Assembly (NCBI GenBank): GCA_964035545.1
Contig: OZ037765.1
Span: 19,530,995-19,594,994, forward strand
Length of the DNA stretch: 64,000 bases
Direction of reading: 5' to 3'
Source: Bugula neritina
Taxonomy: Eukaryota; Animalia; Bryozoa
Part shown: in pieces, positions 14,098-26,578 of the stretch
Layout: every line of letters starts with the position of its first letter
Position numbering within the stretch: the stretch's first letter is position 1
The notes under the pieces: model-generated
Databases searched by the model: none
What the model saw: only the letters and a program-made list of their open reading frames with translations
Told to the model about the DNA's origin: nothing
Made by a program: the position numbers and the translations under genes

Positions 14098-15926
14098 CAG
14101 GGATGTAGTGGTACCCATACGGTCCCATACGCCGTATGGCCTAGAAGAAATTAGACTGTTCTAGGCCATACGCCCGTATGGGCATAAAAAATTTTGAAAG
14201 ATGATTAGTGCACAGGATAGTTTGGGCATCCTCACTGAGAATATCATAAATTTCGCTCACAATCTAGTTTAAGTTCTTGTTATGTTAATGCTATGTGGAT
14301 GGCATGCGTGTTGCCTACTTGTGATTGTTTAGCCTGAGATTACACTATGAATAATAAGCAGCTATCAACATTCCATCTTCTCATCTCTACGTGTTCACTG
14401 AAGCGCGAAGTGCTGTGCATTGGTGATTACTAGGGAAAAAATATTTCATTTTCAGTGTATAAATCACTAATTTTTAGAAAATCTTTGAAGGCTATTGAAA
14501 AGATAAAAAAATATGCTATGCATAAATTTCTCAGGTTTCCAACAGTGTTTGTTCCATTTGAATACCATGCTTTCCTGCTGAGATATTTGGCAGGGATTGA
14601 AAAATAAACTTTTCAGGTAAAATTGGCCAAAAATGGGTAGATTTTTGTCTATAACTTTGCAAAAAAATATATTGGAAACTCGGAAAAGTAAGTGCTCTGA
14701 GGAACAGGAGGATCTAAAACATGGTTTTTAAATTTTAATTCTAGCACAATTAAGTGAGGTTTTATTTGGCAGGACTGAATTCTTATAATATACCAATAAT
14801 GTGGCCTCAGCAAGGCTGTGACAGCTAGAAGGTTGCCCTTATCTATCTTGTGTGGACTTGCATTTTGTCAATAAGCAATGGAATTTGGAAAAAAACCAAC
14901 ATGAAATCTAGAAATAAAATCAAAATGTCTTCAGGAAACAGTACCAGGTGTGTAGGAGAGGTTAATGAAAATTGGTCACTGAGGTCTACAGGTACAGTAC
15001 TATATCCGCATTTTGGTCAAAAACCTAGCAGCGTTATTGCATGTTAATGATCAATGCAATGAGGTTTTGGAAACTGTGCACCACCATAAGTAACCTTTTA
15101 TGTTCGATTGCACTAACTAACGTCTGGCTTTACATTTAATCATCTTCTCGGTTAACACATATTAAACCTGTCAAATTTTTTCTTTTGGGGTATATTTCCT
15201 TGATGTGTCTAGTGGAAACTCAGGAGTTTTATTTTATAAAACCAAGTTAAAATACTCTTCTTGGGTGTGCTTTGTTGTGTGAAAGGAGGTATGGTGGTAT
15301 CTCCTTATGAATTAGACTAGTACTCCAATAAACTCCAAATAGGTTTTCAACCAATATCTGCTTGCCAATGAGTTACCAATTCAAATTGCTCTTTATAAAT
15401 AACCAACACACATTTTTTGATTAGCAATCTTCCTCTGTTCTGATATATTATTCTTTTTCTGTTCACGGCAGTGTATTAGTTATTTAAAGTAATCTGGTTG
15501 CATTTGAAGAGCACTTGTTACCTGCCTCTACCCTTCCATCTTTTTGAGATCTTCAGCAATTTTTCTGTACAGGTTGGGCTTAGTAGTGTCAAAACAAACC
15601 TAACTGCAGTTGAGTAAGACTACATTTAAAATTACAGTCAACAGGTATGGGACAATACTGAATATTTATAATATAGTTTGCAGCAATGCCCAGTCGTCAC
15701 GTAGCTGGTATGGTATGAAAATAATAGCGAGGTGCACATTTCAACACAGATTTTTTTCAGAAGAATTATAATTCACAATGGCTTTAAATTGCATAAATTT
15801 GCATCAGAAGCACTCTGGGGGCTTCGGCGCCGGAGCGCTGCCCCGGACCCCGCCGGGGGCTTGGGCAGCCCCCTGGACCCCCGGCCTGAGAGTATGGCCT
15901 AGAATATTTTTGCCACTACATCCCTG
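14098..15926. mobile_element. Non-autonomous hAT DNA transposon
   Basis: TIRs CAGGGATGTAGTGG...CCACTACATCCCTG, perfect 8-bp TSD CACATATA (14090-14097 and 15927-15934), subterminal gtatggcctagaa motifs and a GC-rich ggggcttcggcgcc...gacccc block. Confidence 0.93.
14211..14852. mobile_element. Non-autonomous CAC-ended DNA transposon (CMC/EnSpm-like), copy 1, nested in the hAT
   Basis: TIRs CACAGGATAGTT.GGGCA...TGCCCTTATCTATCTTGTG, 2-bp TSD TG, homologous to 17349-18104. Confidence 0.85.
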
Positions 15927-16015
15927 CACATATATATACATATATCATATTGTATATATGATATTATATATGTATCATCTTTTATATATACCATAATATT
16001 ATTTCATGTATTCAG

Positions 16016-16950
16016 TATTTTAAATTCAAATATTAATGCATTGTTAACTTCATTACACTCAACAATCAAAAACATAACTCCGACAACACAAAGTCACAAA
16101 CTTGATTTGCATCAGCCAAGAGAGTTTATTGAGCAGAAATTTACTGAACTAATATTATCACTCATCATGTCTATCACTTCAACTACTGTGTACTCATTTA
16201 CTGTGTTTGGTAAAGGAGAGAGAATGTGGATTAAGAGAGTTTTACAGAATAAGTCAGCAGTGAGTAAAATGTTGTGTTTATCATCACGTCATGTCTGAAT
16301 AAATAGATTTGAAATTTTCTAGTTATACAAATATAGAGACTGATCTACTAATTTATACAGCAAAGAACAATAATTTCACATGTGACTTGATATTAAAACT
16401 CATAAAATATTTTGGTAATTTACAGGATGAAAGAATAGAGATGGAGCAGGAGTTGAATGTCATACAAAAGTTATACAATAACTCAATCATATCAAAGTCA
16501 CAGCTCCCCAAGTTGATGGAAGTTATATTAACACAGGTAAGTAGTCATATTATTTATGGTATCATAATTAACACAGGTAATGCGTTTTTCTGGTTTAAAA
16601 AAAGTTTCCTGTAACATTCATGATGAACAATGTGCATTATGATTATATATTTCGCCTTAATGACATGATATAAGGTACTATATTAAAAGTGCTTTCTACC
16701 AAATTATGTTTTCTTAATACATTAGAATGCCTGTTTTATGGTATCATATGTTACCATGGTTTTCTTATAATGGTTCCACTTAATAATTACAGACTGTAAG
16801 AAATTCATCTAAAATACTGTGAACTGATTGAGTTACAAGAAAGGATGAGATATGACAACTCCTTGCTTGCTAAGTTTAACATAATGCAGTTGGAGTTTAT
16901 GATGAGAGCCAACATAGTGATGAATGTTGATAGCTGTGTGAATACTGCGT
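16016..16950 (+). pseudogene. Orphan three-exon cassette, copy 1 (divergent DED-like helical domain, no 5' exons)
   Basis: Exon A ...NALLTSLH...FTELILSLIMSITS...WIKRVLQNKSA|gtgagt, exon B ttacag|DERIEMEQELNVIQKLYNNSIISKSQLPKLMEVILTQ|gtaagt, exon C acag|TVRNSSKIL*. Near-identical to the 32.9 and 37.0 kb copies. Confidence 0.6.
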
Positions 16951-17348
16951 GACATATTTATTCATGAGCAGAGTACACTGTGATAATATTTAATATTACT
17001 TAGGAGAATACGCATTGAATTCATAATAATATATTGCAAGGGAGCGCTGAATTCAAATTTAGTGTTGTAGAGTATGTTGAGAATGTAAAGATGGCTATTA
17101 TCATCTTAATTATTTTTAAAACAAATTTGTTATTAATTATTACATGCATGCAGCTGTACCTAAATTGCGCTATCTACTATTGTCAAAAAGCCACTCAGTT
17201 ATTCTGTTGGTTATCTGTTTAGTATTACAAATAAAATATTATTTTCACCCACAATCTTTCGTGTTATGCTCTTTATTCAACGTCAAACACTGTAACCATA
17301 CAATATTGTGGAGAAATCATGTTATAACATTTTAATATCTGATGCATA

Positions 17349-18104
17349 CACAGGATAGTTAAGGGCATCCTCACTAAGAATATCATAAATTTCTCTCAAA
17401 ATGTAGTTCAGGTTCTTGAATAATATTGCTCTGCGGGTGGCATGCGTGTTGCCTACTTGTAATTGTTTAGCCTAAGATTAAACTACAACCAATAAGCAGC
17501 AACCTTCATTAGGGCTGTGTTATCTATCAACATTCCATTATGGGTGCTACATAAACAAATTACAAAGCGAGCTATTCATTATAGCCTGCCAGCTAGCTAG
17601 CCTGTAATTATTATGTAGGCGCCAATATCTTCTCATCCCTACGTGCTCAGTGAAGCGTGAAGTGCTGCGCGCTGCTTGTTTCTTATGAGAAAATATGGCA
17701 TTTTCAGTGTATAAATCACCAATCTATGAGCAATCTAGCAGAGTTATTGAAAAAAGAAAAACACTTACACTGGAGAAATATCTCAGGATTCCAGCAGTGC
17801 AATTTTTATTCAGATATCATGCTTTGCTGCTGAGATATTTTACTGGTACTGAAAAGTCAGCTTTTCAGGCAAAATTGGCCAAAATTCGGCAGTTTTTTGT
17901 CTATAACTTCGCAAAAAAAATGAAAATTGAAATTTCCAAAAAGCTTACACTGGAGAAAAAGAAGATCTACAACATAGTTTTTAAATTTTGACTCTAGCAC
18001 AATTAGGTGAGATTTTATTTTACTGGTACTGAATACTTATATGATTACAATGCAAACCTCAGCAAGGCAGTTGCAGCTAAAAGGTTGCCCTTAACTATCC
18101 TGTG
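17349..18104. mobile_element. Non-autonomous CAC-ended DNA transposon (CMC/EnSpm-like), copy 2
   Basis: TIRs CACAGGATAGTTAAGGGCA...TGCCCTTAACTATCCTGTG and 2-bp TSD TA. It interrupts the 3' region of cassette copy 1, whose flanks resume homology with 34.6-34.9 kb. Confidence 0.9.
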
Positions 18105-18669
18105 TAGTATGTTACAACTGCAAAACATCTAACCAGGAAATGCTCATTGCTATATGGGAGTATATAGATTATAGTATTTACGCTATAGCAGAACATTGTA
18201 GTTTTTACATGATAAGTTACAAAACAAATTCAAATATTTAAACTGAAACTGTTAAAAGGCTTTTTGGGCAATGGCTCATATAAAACACATAACAAGTTGT
18301 AGTTATTTTACACAAGCTAATGAGCCCAAGACTGAAAATAAGACATATAAACCTTAAACAACCCGCATATACAATGCAAGCACAGTAGAAAGAATACATA
18401 TCATATAAGGGAGGAAAAATCATAACTTCAAGTACCCCTTCTGACATCATAAATAACTCTATTGGAGGAAATCATAAGAAGTGACCTGGTGTTTGCTAGG
18501 CCAGTACTCTACAAAACCATGACTGTTTTATAGATTAGTGCTGACAACATAATTATCATGATTGTTATGATATGAGAGCTACTCTAATAGAATAGCTGTT
18601 TAGGCAAAAACCTTTAAAATATAATATTCTTGCGGTATGTGTAGTAAACTACCAAATTTTTATTTGCTG

Positions 18670-18762
18670 TCACACGCGTGTGTGCGTGTGTGTGTGTGCG
18701 TGTGCGTGTGTGTGCGTGTGTGTGTGTGTGCGTGTGTGTGCGTGCGTGTGCGTGTGTGCGTG
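18670..18762. repeat. (GT/GC)n microsatellite
   Basis: gtgtgtgcgtgtgtgtgtgtgcgtgtgcg... Confidence 0.95.
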
Positions 18763-18790
18763 TCATATTAATATACAATGTTATTTATAG

Positions 18791-19020
18791 ATCAGATTTT
18801 AAATAACTCAAATTTCAAAGCATTGCTAACTTCATTACAATCGACAATCAAAAACTTGACTTCAACAACATAAAGTCACAAACTTGATCTGCATCAGCTA
18901 ATTGAGAGTTTATTGAGCAGAGATTTACGAAACTAGTATTATCACTCATCATGTCTACCACTTCAACTACTGTGTACTCAAATTTACCGTGTTTGGCAAA
19001 GAAGAGAGAATATGTGGTTT
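18791..19020 (+). pseudogene. Orphan cassette copy 2 (exon A only, truncated, with stop and frameshifts)
   Basis: gcattgctaacttcattacaatcgacaatcaaaaac...gagagaatatgtgg is homologous to 16038-16230, with an in-frame TAA and indels. Confidence 0.75.
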
Positions 19021-19059
19021 AAACCATTTTGAACAAGATGTTATTATTACACATGTGCA

Positions 19060-19330
19060 ACATTACTAAACGAGTTGAAACAGGAGAGTTGTCTTGTCTA
19101 CATGACTACGCGACTATTTTCGCAGCTGCAAGCTGTGAAAAACAGCGTGATTCAGTGAACCAGTTCATTGGTGCCAACGTGATCTATCAACTTTAACCTT
19201 TTGATTGGCGCGATCTATTAAAATTCACCTTTAATCCTTTGGTAGAAAAGAGCGCCAGTAGCACTGAAATGGACGGGTTATTTTCCAGTTTATTGGACTG
19301 AGGGTCGCTGCCTAACTTTAACTTGTAAGT
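19060..19330 (+). promoter_or_regulatory. Putative promoter and non-coding first exon, probably of the TRIM gene
   Basis: CpG-containing island with ATTGG (inverted CCAAT) and TTGGCGCG, ending in a strong donor GTAAGT at 19325 that is immediately followed by a periodic tract. The TRIM ATG exon starts with an acceptor at about 26551. Confidence 0.5.
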
Positions 19331-19339
19331 TATGAGTTT

Positions 19340-19860
19340 CGTTTTGATTTTAAAATGATCCATAGAATTGAATATGAATGATTTTAAAAGTAATATTATT
19401 ATGATAAAATTGAATATTGATATAATATAGAATTAAATAATTGCAATAATCAATATCAATATGAATATCAATATGTCATATGAATATCAATATTACTATT
19501 AGTATTAGTATTAGTATTAGTATTACTATTAGTATTATTATTATTCATAATTATAATATGAATACAGAATAGTAATACTAATAGTAATATTCATATTCAT
19601 ATGAATTTCATACTGATACTGATAGGCTTACCTTGGTACTGGTGATATTACTTATTACTTATAGTTATTAGATATATAATTCTAGTCCACCGGATCTCAA
19701 TAGTTATGGCTTTAGTTTTAGGTCTTACTCTTAGTCTAAAATCTTAGTTTATCTGTATTAGTATTGGTTTCACTGTGTTTGTAGCCCGCAGCCTTGGTCT
19801 CAGTCTCTTGTCAGTCTCTAAGTATAAGGTCAGTTAGTATTTGAGTAATTAGTTAGTAGG
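19340..19860. repeat. Degenerate hexamer-periodic tract
   Basis: tcaatatcaatatgaatatcaatatg, tactattagtattagtattagtatt, catactgatactgatag. Confidence 0.75.
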
Positions 19861-19973
19861 TGTATGCTCAAGTACTAGTAGTAGTAAAGGGTTTGTTTCA
19901 ATTATTATAAGTATCTTCTCTGAAGTTATTCACTCTTTCCCAATCTCTGTTCGTTTTCTTTGCGCGTGTTTTC

Positions 19974-22900
19974 TGTTGTGTTGTTTGACTCGCTATTGTT
20001 CACTGATAACATGCCAAGTGAAGCAACAAGGAGAAGTAACCAAAGACACTCACACAGGCTTCTCAAAGCTACAGTGCTGTGAAAAAGTTTAAGGACGCCT
20101 CCCTGTTTTCCATAATAGCAATGTTCCAAGCTAATTTTAAGACATAACTAAAGCATTTCCATAGGCATGGTGTTTATCAAAATGATCCTTAAGATCTCCT
20201 TATCTCATTCATATAAATTATAAGTATCTCTTTTTTTATCTTCCAAAAATTTGGGTGAAGCAATGAAGTACTACCCGTATATGGGAATTATTCGATGCTC
20301 TCACAATTTGTGTGTACTGTATGACATCAGAATATAGAAAAATATTATATGTGATTTGTTATGCACCTTATAGCAGCATTGCAACACACAGTGCACTCAG
20401 TTTTAGTATCAATATTTTGTTGGCCAGCCTTTATTCTTAATCACAAGTCGGCAGTGACGAGGCATCGACTCGTACAGCTTCTTCAACTCGTCTTCAGTCA
20501 CAACATTAAGCCATGCATGAATTACAAGCTCTATGAGTGTCACCTTAGTTGTTGGCTTTTTTGAGGAGACTATTTTAGCCATTCTTGACCATAATTTGTT
20601 TATAGGGTTCAAGTCAGGGCTTCGTGCGAAGCAGTTGAACGTTGAGACCCTCTGCTTTTTCATCCACTCTTCAACAGTTTTCACCCCATGGCATGGTGCA
20701 TTGTCATCTCGAAATATGTAAATTTTATTTTAAAAAAGCTTTTTATAATTGCAAGAAGTTTAGCATTGAGATTATCTATATATTTTTGGGTATTAACATC
20801 ATTCCAGAGCAAATACTGAGTCGACCTCCACTTTTTGATGTTATACAACCCCAGAATAAAACACTGATTATAGGGTGCCTAATTGTTGTAAGTATACATT
20901 GACGGCTATATTTCTCATACTGGTATCTTTTAACACAACAGTTTTCAGCATGATTGTTCACATTAAATATGGATTCATCTGAAAAAATAACTTTTTTTCT
21001 CATCATTCACTGTCTAATTACTGTGCTCCCTGGCCCACCGTAACCGGCTTTTTGCTGCTTCTCGGTTGGTAGAGGCTTCCTCTTGCTTTTCGGTCATGTG
21101 AACCATGGCCCAGCAATCTTGCCATATCAGGGATTTCAAAGCTGGTGTTCCTGACTATTCCTTGCCTACTCAAGACTCGTTTTATGGTGATCTTTCTTGC
21201 TGATCCCAATGAGAACCTTGTCATCTCTGGTTGTGTTTATTTTTGGTCGGCCATTTTCAGGTCCATCTACTACACTACTAGTGTCCATAAACTTCTTGAT
21301 AATTTGATGTACAGTTGTCTTTACTTTGCCAACCTTTTCAGATATTTTCCCAATTGAATAACCTTCTTTGTACAAGAAAATTATTACAAACTTTGCCTCT
21401 GAAGGAAGACTTACAGCTCTCATTTAGTCTATGCGCAGCACCCAAATTGACACCATGTAAAAGCTCACAACTAAATGACAGATTTCAAATTATAGAAGGA
21501 AGTCATACTTTATGATATCATGATGCCATGCACAAAGTTAAATTTCACTATTTAGCCTTTTGTGGTTATAAAAGTCGATAAACTTTGGTTACATAAAAAT
21601 ACAGGAGTTGTGCTTCCCTAGCTGCTTGTGCAGTTGGCCCAAAAATGGGTGGAAAACATCACAACAGTAAGAATTTAAAAGGTGGAAATTGTAGAGCACA
21701 TTCTAAGGGCCGTTTTGATATATAGAACTTGAAGGAAAATATTAAGAACTTACAAGAAATGCCTATCAAACAAGATACATAGAAATTTCTGCAAGTGTCC
21801 TTAAACTTTTTCACAGTACTCTATTTAAAGGCCTCGGAGCACTCAAGGGATACTCGTATTGAATATTACTGATTCCAGATTACCAGCCTACGTGCATCTA
21901 CACTTCAGGGAAAATTCCGATTCCATTATGAGATAAAACTAAGAAAAAGTTAGATGAGGTGGCGCAGCAAGGAGTTATCTCCCCCATAACAGAAGCTACA
22001 GAGTGGTGTAGTGGAATGGTTCCAGTCCTCAAACCATCAGGAGATGTAGGAGTTTGTGTGGATCTGACTTGCTTAAATAAAGCTGTTAGAAGGGAAATCT
22101 ATCCAATGCCAGCAGTCGATGAAAACATAGGACTGTTGGGAGCTAGTAAAATCTTCTCAAAGCTAGATGCCAATAGTGGGTTCTGGCAAATACACTTGGA
22201 GAAGGAGTCAAGAAAGCTGACTACCTTCCTCACACCTTTCGGCCGGTTCTGTTTCAACAGATTTCCATCTGGTATATCTAGCGCACCAGAGATATTTTCT
22301 CGAGCTATGTGCAGACTACTAGGCGACATAGAGAATGTCATTTGTCACATGGATGATATTTTAGTTCATAGTAAAAATGCAGAAAGCCGCAATAGAACCT
22401 TGAAGCTGGTTTTAAGCAGACTGGAAGAAGAAGGACTCACATTGAATGAAAACAAGTGTGAGATTGGCCAAGCTCAAGTGAAGTTTTTAAGCCACATAAT
22501 AGATGCTAAAGGAGTCAGCCCTGACCTGGATAAAGTCGCATCAATACGTGATTTTCCAGCCCCTATCTGTAAGACAGAGTTAAGACGACTAAATGGCATA
22601 CTGAATCAGCTAGCTAAGTTTATCTCTCACCTCTCCGAGATCACAGCTCTCATGAGAGAGTTACTGAAAGAAAGTAAGGCTTGGACATAGAGTCAACCTC
22701 AAGAGGAAGCTTTCCAAAAAGTAAAGCAAACACTCATGTCTGCTCAGGTCATAGCACACTATGATCCCAAGCTGAAAACAATCGTTGCCACTGATGCTAG
22801 CAGCACTGGACTTGGAGCTGCTATGTTCTACATACAAAAGGATAGAACAAGGGGGCCAGTATACTATGCATCAAGGTCTTTAACTGCAGTGAAACAAAAT

Positions 22901-24873
22901 TATGCCGCGACGGAAAAAGAGGCATTGGCGATGGCCTGGGCATGCAGCAAGCAAGATCAGTTTTTAAAAGGATTACCTTTCACTCTAGAGACTGATCACA
23001 AGGCTTTAGTTAGGCTTATGGGTGTAAAAGACTTAGACCAAGTTCCAGCCAGGATTTTCCGATTGAGACTGCGGCTCATGAGGTATGCTCCAAAGATAGA
23101 TTATATCCCAGGGTCTCACAACCACGTAGCAGATGCTTTGTCTTGAGCACCCTCTGGTCTACCATCTTGCATAGATGTGATGCTGGTTGAAAAGCTAGAA
23201 GCTAGCACTTCCATCATACCTTCTATAAATCCAATAATCAAAGAGATTAAGGAGGCACAACAACTAGATGCTGTGTGCCAAGAGGTCCAAAATCTCATCA
23301 TAAAAGGGTGGCCTACATATAAAACATGCCCACACAGCAGTACACTCTTACTGGGATGTCAAAGGACATTTGACACAATCTAAAGGCCTTCTCTTATATG
23401 ATCAGCGGCTAATCATCCCAAGTAACCTAAAAATAAAACTGCTTGACCGCATTCACCAGGCCTATCAAGGAATAGTAAAATGCTAGGCGAGACCCAGAAG
23501 AGCTATCTGGTGGCCGAGAATGTCCAAACAAATAAAGAAAATGGTACAAGAATGTCGACAGTGTAGAATTAACTCACCAACTCCGGTAGAGCCTCTGTAG
23601 CCATCCACCTTGCCATCTAAACCCTGGACAAAGTTAGATGCAGACCTGTTCGAGTTCCAGAAAAAGAGCTATCTGTTAGTGGTCGACTAACATAGCAAAT
23701 ACATAGAAGTTAGGAAATTAGACTTTCTGTCTTCAGCATTGACTATAGACAAAGTTAAATCCATCTTCTCAACACATGGAATTCCCGAGGTAGTTATTTC
23801 TGACAATGAACCTCAGTTCAGCTCTAGGGAGTTTCAAGAATTCGCCAATAGTTATGGTTTTCAACACGTGACCAGCGCTCCAAAATATCCAAAAGCCAAT
23901 GGGGAAGCTGAGAGAGCGGTAGGACCAGTAAAGCGTCTGTGAAGCAAAACTACAAGCCCATACCTCAGCCTACTAACCTATAGAGCTACTCCACTTGAAA
24001 ATGGGTTCACTCCTTCAGAACTCTTGATGAACAGGCTACTTCGAACTACTTTACCGTCAATGCCTGAAACCCGAAAGGTTCACAAGCCACGAAACATTGC
24101 TGAGAAGGAACAACACATAAATCTAAGGACCATGAATAACTACAACCAACGGCACAAAGCCACTCTGCTGCCTGAACTTCTCAAGGTTCACCCGTCTATG
24201 TCAGAGACACTAAGAAATAAGGCACAGTTCTGGCAAGTGTAGCTCCACACTCATACACAGTGAAAACTGAAACAAGAGTTATATGCCGAAACAGGAGTGC
24301 GTTGGTAGATCTTCGGGAAGAGGACCCCGTGGTGCTTGAACCGAATGCTCCTCCGCCGGCTCCTATGGGTGCAGAGGTGCTTGGTCTAAAAGCTAACAAA
24401 AAAGCCAATCCATCAGGAACACAGGCACCTGGAACATTGGTCGCAGGGGCTCGGGTATGTCTTTGGCCCGTCCAGCCAGTTCAACGGTTCCGGGTAGGTT
24501 TGGTGCTCTATCCAGAGAGCGAAGATTGCCCCGGAGATTTGACGACTATGTGATGAATTAACACCCAGATAATCTAACCACGGAGGCACTCGTGCCTTCT
24601 ATACAACAATCATGAATATATTATTATGTTTTTTCTCACTATTGGTAACCTTCCTATACTGTTGTCAATCTTAATTAATAGCACACATGATTACATATAA
24701 ATGGTTTTTGTAACCCACTTAAACAGGGGGATGTTGTGTTGTTTGACTCGCTATTACTCACCGCAAGACTCGTTGGGCTCGGGGATTTTCTTTTTAGCTA
24801 GAATTGAAATAAATCACAATAATTATCAGCTTAGACTCAATCCAATGTTGTTGTACTCTTACGCTCTATTTCA
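19974..24873 (+). mobile_element. Degenerate Ty3/Gypsy LTR retrotransposon (gag and protease deleted, pol with stops and frameshifts)
   Basis: RT (KLDANSGFWQI, HMDDILV), RNase H (TDASSTGLGA, EKEALA, TDHKAL, VADALS) and integrase (GIPEVVISDNEPQF, KANGEAERAV). PPT aaacaggggga precedes the LTR start TGTTGTGTTGTTTGACTCGCTATT at 24732, which is also present at 19974. The right boundary is uncertain. Confidence 0.9.
20072..21821 (-). mobile_element. Tc1-like DNA transposon with degenerate transposase (21423-20409), inserted in Gypsy pol
   Basis: TIRs CAGTGCTGTGAAAAAGTTTAAGGAC / GTCCTTAAACTTTTTCACAGTACTC with TA on both sides. HTH ...GRPKINT..., VIFSDES, SPDLNPINKLW and YESMPRHCRLVIKNKGWPTKY. Confidence 0.93.
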
Positions 24874-25550
24874 TTGTTGATTATTTATAATTCAAGAACA
24901 GATAACTCTTTAGTATACACTTCCTCTTTCTTTCTTTTTTTTTTCTTTCTTTCAGTAATACACACAATCTGGGTGAAGGTGTCTCCTAGACTGTGCTCGT
25001 TTCTGGGGGGCTCTTGTCATAGCAGTATTCGCTTCACTGTTGTGTGCTTCCCCATCTTCTTCCCCATCATCTTTCGATGACGAATCAATGCTCACTCTTG
25101 GTCATCTCTTAAAAGGCTGGTTTTTGTTTGATGTGCTTTGGTCAGAATTTGGGTCTTCATAAGATCGCTGCTGCACCAACTTTCTAAGATGTACTCGATT
25201 TCTCCTCAATACACGACTGCCGACCTTAACATCGTAAAACTCTCCTTCCCTCCTTGTGACGACACGTCCAGATTCCCCTTCTTTATCCTTTGAACATTTT
25301 ATGCACACTAGATCTCCCGGCTTCAACACATCCAACTCTTTGGCTCTCCCCCTATTGTCTACATTTCGTTTTTGCCTTTCCTTCAAATGTGCTTCTTTTC
25401 CTTGAAAAAACTCTTCAACTATTCATTGGATGTTGGTTCTTACGCTCTTTCCAAGCAGAAGTTTGGCTGGACTGGCTCTACTTTCCAATATCAGAAGCAA
25501 AACAGGGCCCATTGTCCAACCTTAGCTTCTGAGGAATACCAAACTGTGCA
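24874..25550 (-). mobile_element. Second Gypsy fragment (integrase remnant, PPT and start of the 3' LTR)
   Basis: Minus strand FAQFGIPQKLRLDNGPCF and LKPGDLVCIK...RRNRVHLRKL. A purine tract ...aaagaggaag is followed by TGTATAC at 24919. Confidence 0.8.
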
Positions 25551-26578
25551 AATATAATGCATTAAAATCTGCTGAAATAAATCACTTCTAGTTTTATTGA
25601 ATGCAATCTACAATTTTCCCAAAATAGGCAATATTTACAGTTTCTTAGTTTTACGATTTCTTGCCTAAAAATTTTTTTATAAAAAGTGCCAAAACCTGTG
25701 GCAAGAAGTACTCTTCTGTATACAAATCTCAGCCAGTGTGTTGGCAGTGAAGGTCACACAATGCACTTTGCAACTCATTTGGTAGTAGGATGTCGGAAAC
25801 ATATATAAATTTTAATTCAACAGTGTGAATTTTAATTTCTATTTGGTGGCTAAACACCACAAATGATATCTCAAAAATAGATTTTTAAAGTCAAAAACTG
25901 TAGAACTGCATATATAGACTTATAGTTCTAATTAAGGGAAGCTGAATGTGGTATTTTCATTGCAGCACTACTACAAAATGAAAATGCACAGCTAAATAAT
26001 GAATGAAACCTGTATACATTTTATTTCAACAATTTTTTTTTCTATTTGATAGTTGAACATAAACCACACCAGCTATATCTCTTATTCATGCTACATTTCT
26101 ATTTCGGCACTGCATCAACTGTTCACATTAACTTGTAATAAACGATGATTCTCTTCTTGTGGAATAAGCTGAAACAGCAAAGAGTGTCTTTAATTATTCT
26201 ATACCATCCAGTTAGAGTTTCAAGCATCAGACTTGTTCCTGTTCTGTGATAGTATCTTCTATATGACCACTCTGTTTGGAAATAAGTTGTCTAGCTTTAT
26301 GCTAGGTGAATTTATTTTTCTGAATAGACACTCAACATTATAAAAAAATTTAACGTAGTAAACAGTTGGTTCTATTTACCTTTTAAACTCACTGCTCTTC
26401 AAATGAGCTAACCTTGTACTTTTATAATGATAGCTAATTTAACATAGCTTTACTTATGGCTATACTAGTTATTCTAGTATATGTACATATAGTCTAGTAA
26501 TTATTCATCAGTATCTTATCCAGAAATATCAACTGATGTATATTTTTTTAGGTAATTTGACACCTTTATTGAAACAAG

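Noticed and set aside
13893-14154. ORFs with YIYIYI runs
   Set aside because: Translations of the (TA)n microsatellite
14860-15640. Possible captured coding fragment inside the hAT (minus strand PNLYRKIAEDLKK, Myb/SANT-like)
   Set aside because: Too short and interrupted by stops to assign without a search
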